The translations under genes were made by a program, and so were the position numbers. DNA of 64,000 nt from Bacteroidota bacterium (GTDB lineage: Bacteria; Bacteroidota; Bacteroidia; NS11-12g; UBA955), in contig VGFS01000003.1 of the NCBI GenBank assembly GCA_016868785.1, positions 9,716-73,715 of the forward strand, in the 5' to 3' direction. Position 1 is the first letter of the stretch. Every line of letters starts with the position of its first letter. Shown here in pieces: positions 62,655 to 64,000 of this stretch. The notes under the pieces are model-generated. The model had not been told where the DNA came from. It saw only the letters and a program-made list of their open reading frames with translations, and did not search any database.

Positions 62655-64000
62655 ATGAGTTTGCGTTTTGTAGTCGCATTGTGCTCTGTCTTGTGCAGTA
62701 CTGCGCAAGCTCAGGTGCTTCAACCTTTGGGATCGGGATTGCCCGCCAAGGTTGTAGCATCTTTTGCTGCAGGCAACGAGTATTTGGCGCTGTATGAGGA
62801 AACGTCTACCGCAGAAATCAATGATTTTACCATGGCCCGTTGGAATGGGGTTAATTGGAGCTATTACACAGGCTTAACCACGCCAGCACCGGTTAAAACC
62901 GTGAAAGGCACATACAATTTTCATTCTATCGCCTTGTATAACGACACCATGTATGCTGCGGCTTATATGGCCAATGCCGAGCGAGATGCGGATGTGCCCG
63001 TGAGTCACTTGTACAAATGGAATGGTTTGAAATGGGTGCCAGAGGTAGGGGTGGTTGATACCCGGAACAATGGAATTATTGCCATGACTGTCTTCGACAA
63101 TAAATTGATTGTTGCCGGTCTTTTCGATAATACTGTAAACGGAAGTCCGGTTCAAAACATAGCGGCCTACAACGGCAGTAGCTGGTCGTATTTGGGTAAT
63201 AGCGGCACATCGCAGGGAACTGATGGTGTGATACGATCATTGGCTGTGGTGGGAAACAGGTTGTACATCGGGGGTGATTTTCAGACATTTGCCGGTACTT
63301 CAACAGGGAACATTGCTTATTACACGGCGGCCAACGGCGGTTGGGGCGGTGTAGGTTCTCCTTTCGTTGGAGAGATTTTGGAATTGGGTGTTTTCGATGG
63401 CAAAATTGCCGCACTGGGAAAAGATGGCGCGGGGACTAAGAAGATTGCGGTTTTCCAGGGGACCTGGGCAACGCCGTTGGGTTTTGATTCTTTCAGCGTG
63501 AGTGAGCCCAAAACGTTGATGGGGTCTGGCACAGAATTGTTGATTGGAGGCACGTTTGTCAAGAATGGCAATGGTACCTCTTTGTTGGTGTACGATGGCA
63601 ACAATTTGCAATTTACGGGGAACAGAATTACGGGTAGCTTCACGCTGGGTCAGCGGGGTGATGGTGCATTCATTTGGGGAGATTTCAGGGAGCACAACAC
63701 AGGTTTGCAGTACTTCTCCAAAATTGAGCCTGAATCGGGTAACTTGGTAGGAGATTTATTTTACGATGTAAATTCCAATTGCATCAAGGACGATGGCGAG
63801 GTAGGGTTGAGTGCAAGGATTGTCCGACTTGAAAATAAAACTTCGGGAGAAATCAATTTTGCGGTGACGGATGTCAATGGGCATTTTACCATCGCAATGG
63901 CTTCTGGTGATTACAATTTGAGTACTGTTGCCGGTAAGCATTTGTATTCGGTGTGTTTGGGTAATACCACTGCAAGAATTCGCAAAGGGGTTTATAGTTA
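62655..64000 (+). CDS. Secreted repeat (propeller-like) protein followed by a Cna-B/SdrD-like domain; 3' end outside the window
   Basis: Own translation from ATG 62655: MSLRFVVALCSVLCSTAQAQ signal. Recurrent W/Y-NG-x-W-x-x-x-G repeats (ARWNGVNWSYYTG, YKWNGLKWVPEVG, AAYNGSSWSYLGN), then DVNSNCIKDDGEVGL...VTDVNGHFTI. The frame is open to the window end and is not in the ORF track. Confidence 0.7.
   Translation, partial: MSLRFVVALCSVLCSTAQAQVLQPLGSGLPAKVVASFAAGNEYLALYEETSTAEINDFTMARWNGVNWSYYTGLTTPAPVKTVKGTYNFHSIALYNDTMYAAAYMANAERDADVPVSHLYKWNGLKWVPEVGVVDTRNNGIIAMTVFDNKLIVAGLFDNTVNGSPVQNIAAYNGSSWSYLGNSGTSQGTDGVIRSLAVVGNRLYIGGDFQTFAGTSTGNIAYYTAANGGWGGVGSPFVGEILELGVFDGKIAALGKDGAGTKKIAVFQGTWATPLGFDSFSVSEPKTLMGSGTELLIGGTFVKNGNGTSLLVYDGNNLQFTGNRITGSFTLGQRGDGAFIWGDFREHNTGLQYFSKIEPESGNLVGDLFYDVNSNCIKDDGEVGLSARIVRLENKTSGEINFAVTDVNGHFTIAMASGDYNLSTVAGKHLYSVCLGNTTARIRKGVYS

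Noticed and set aside
1-64000. Search for tRNA, rRNA, CRISPR arrays, transposases/integrases, prophage or defence-system genes.
   Set aside because: No intergenic region except 13159-13473 is long enough for a tRNA, and that region does not fold as a cloverleaf by eye. I saw no direct-repeat/spacer arrays and no recombinase, restriction, toxin-antitoxin or reverse-transcriptase motifs in any ORF.

Overview
This is a gene-dense chromosomal segment with 53 CDS called and intergenic spacers mostly under 150 nt. It reads as core genome of a Bacteroidota bacterium. The evidence is recurrent exact TAnnTTTG -7 promoter boxes, several proteins ending in type-IX-secretion (T9SS) C-terminal sorting domains, and DUF4294/DUF4296-type genes. 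Most genes are recognisable housekeeping functions: truB, murB, radA, dnaN, recO, mutS2, folD, queE, glmM, ychF, lgt, mtaB, fbp, aspartate kinase, dsbD, FTCD, a fused E1 dehydrogenase and an acyl-CoA ligase. There is also a crtZ-crtI-crtB carotenoid operon. I saw no rRNA, tRNA, CRISPR array, transposase/integrase or defence-island signature, so I do not think the window holds a classical mobile or defence system. Five things are not explained by textbook annotation. (1) At 60.7-64 kb, an ECF sigma factor is followed by a membrane-anchored partner whose C-terminal half looks like an outer-membrane beta-barrel, then a secreted propeller protein. (2) At 25.3-29.8 kb, a TonB-dependent receptor is flanked by two HmuY-like paralogues, one a lipoprotein and one a T9SS cargo. 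(3) At 13.4-14.1 kb, a 72-aa lipoprotein built from tandem O-glycosylation sequons has its own promoter and terminator, and is followed by a cargo-less T9SS-CTD protein. (4) Twin 17-bp palindromes TTGGCR-AWTTC-YGCCAA sit about 30 nt upstream of the -7 boxes of two folate one-carbon loci (folD-queE and ftcD). (5) There are three architecture-level oddities. Eight of 18 predicted promoters would give leaderless or near-leaderless mRNAs. All nine convergent gene pairs abut or overlap. TTGGCCAA is over-represented. All functional calls rest on my own reading of the translated ORFs, and no database search or computation was run. The ORF track renders TTG/GTG starts as M, so several starts were re-derived from the nucleotide sequence.
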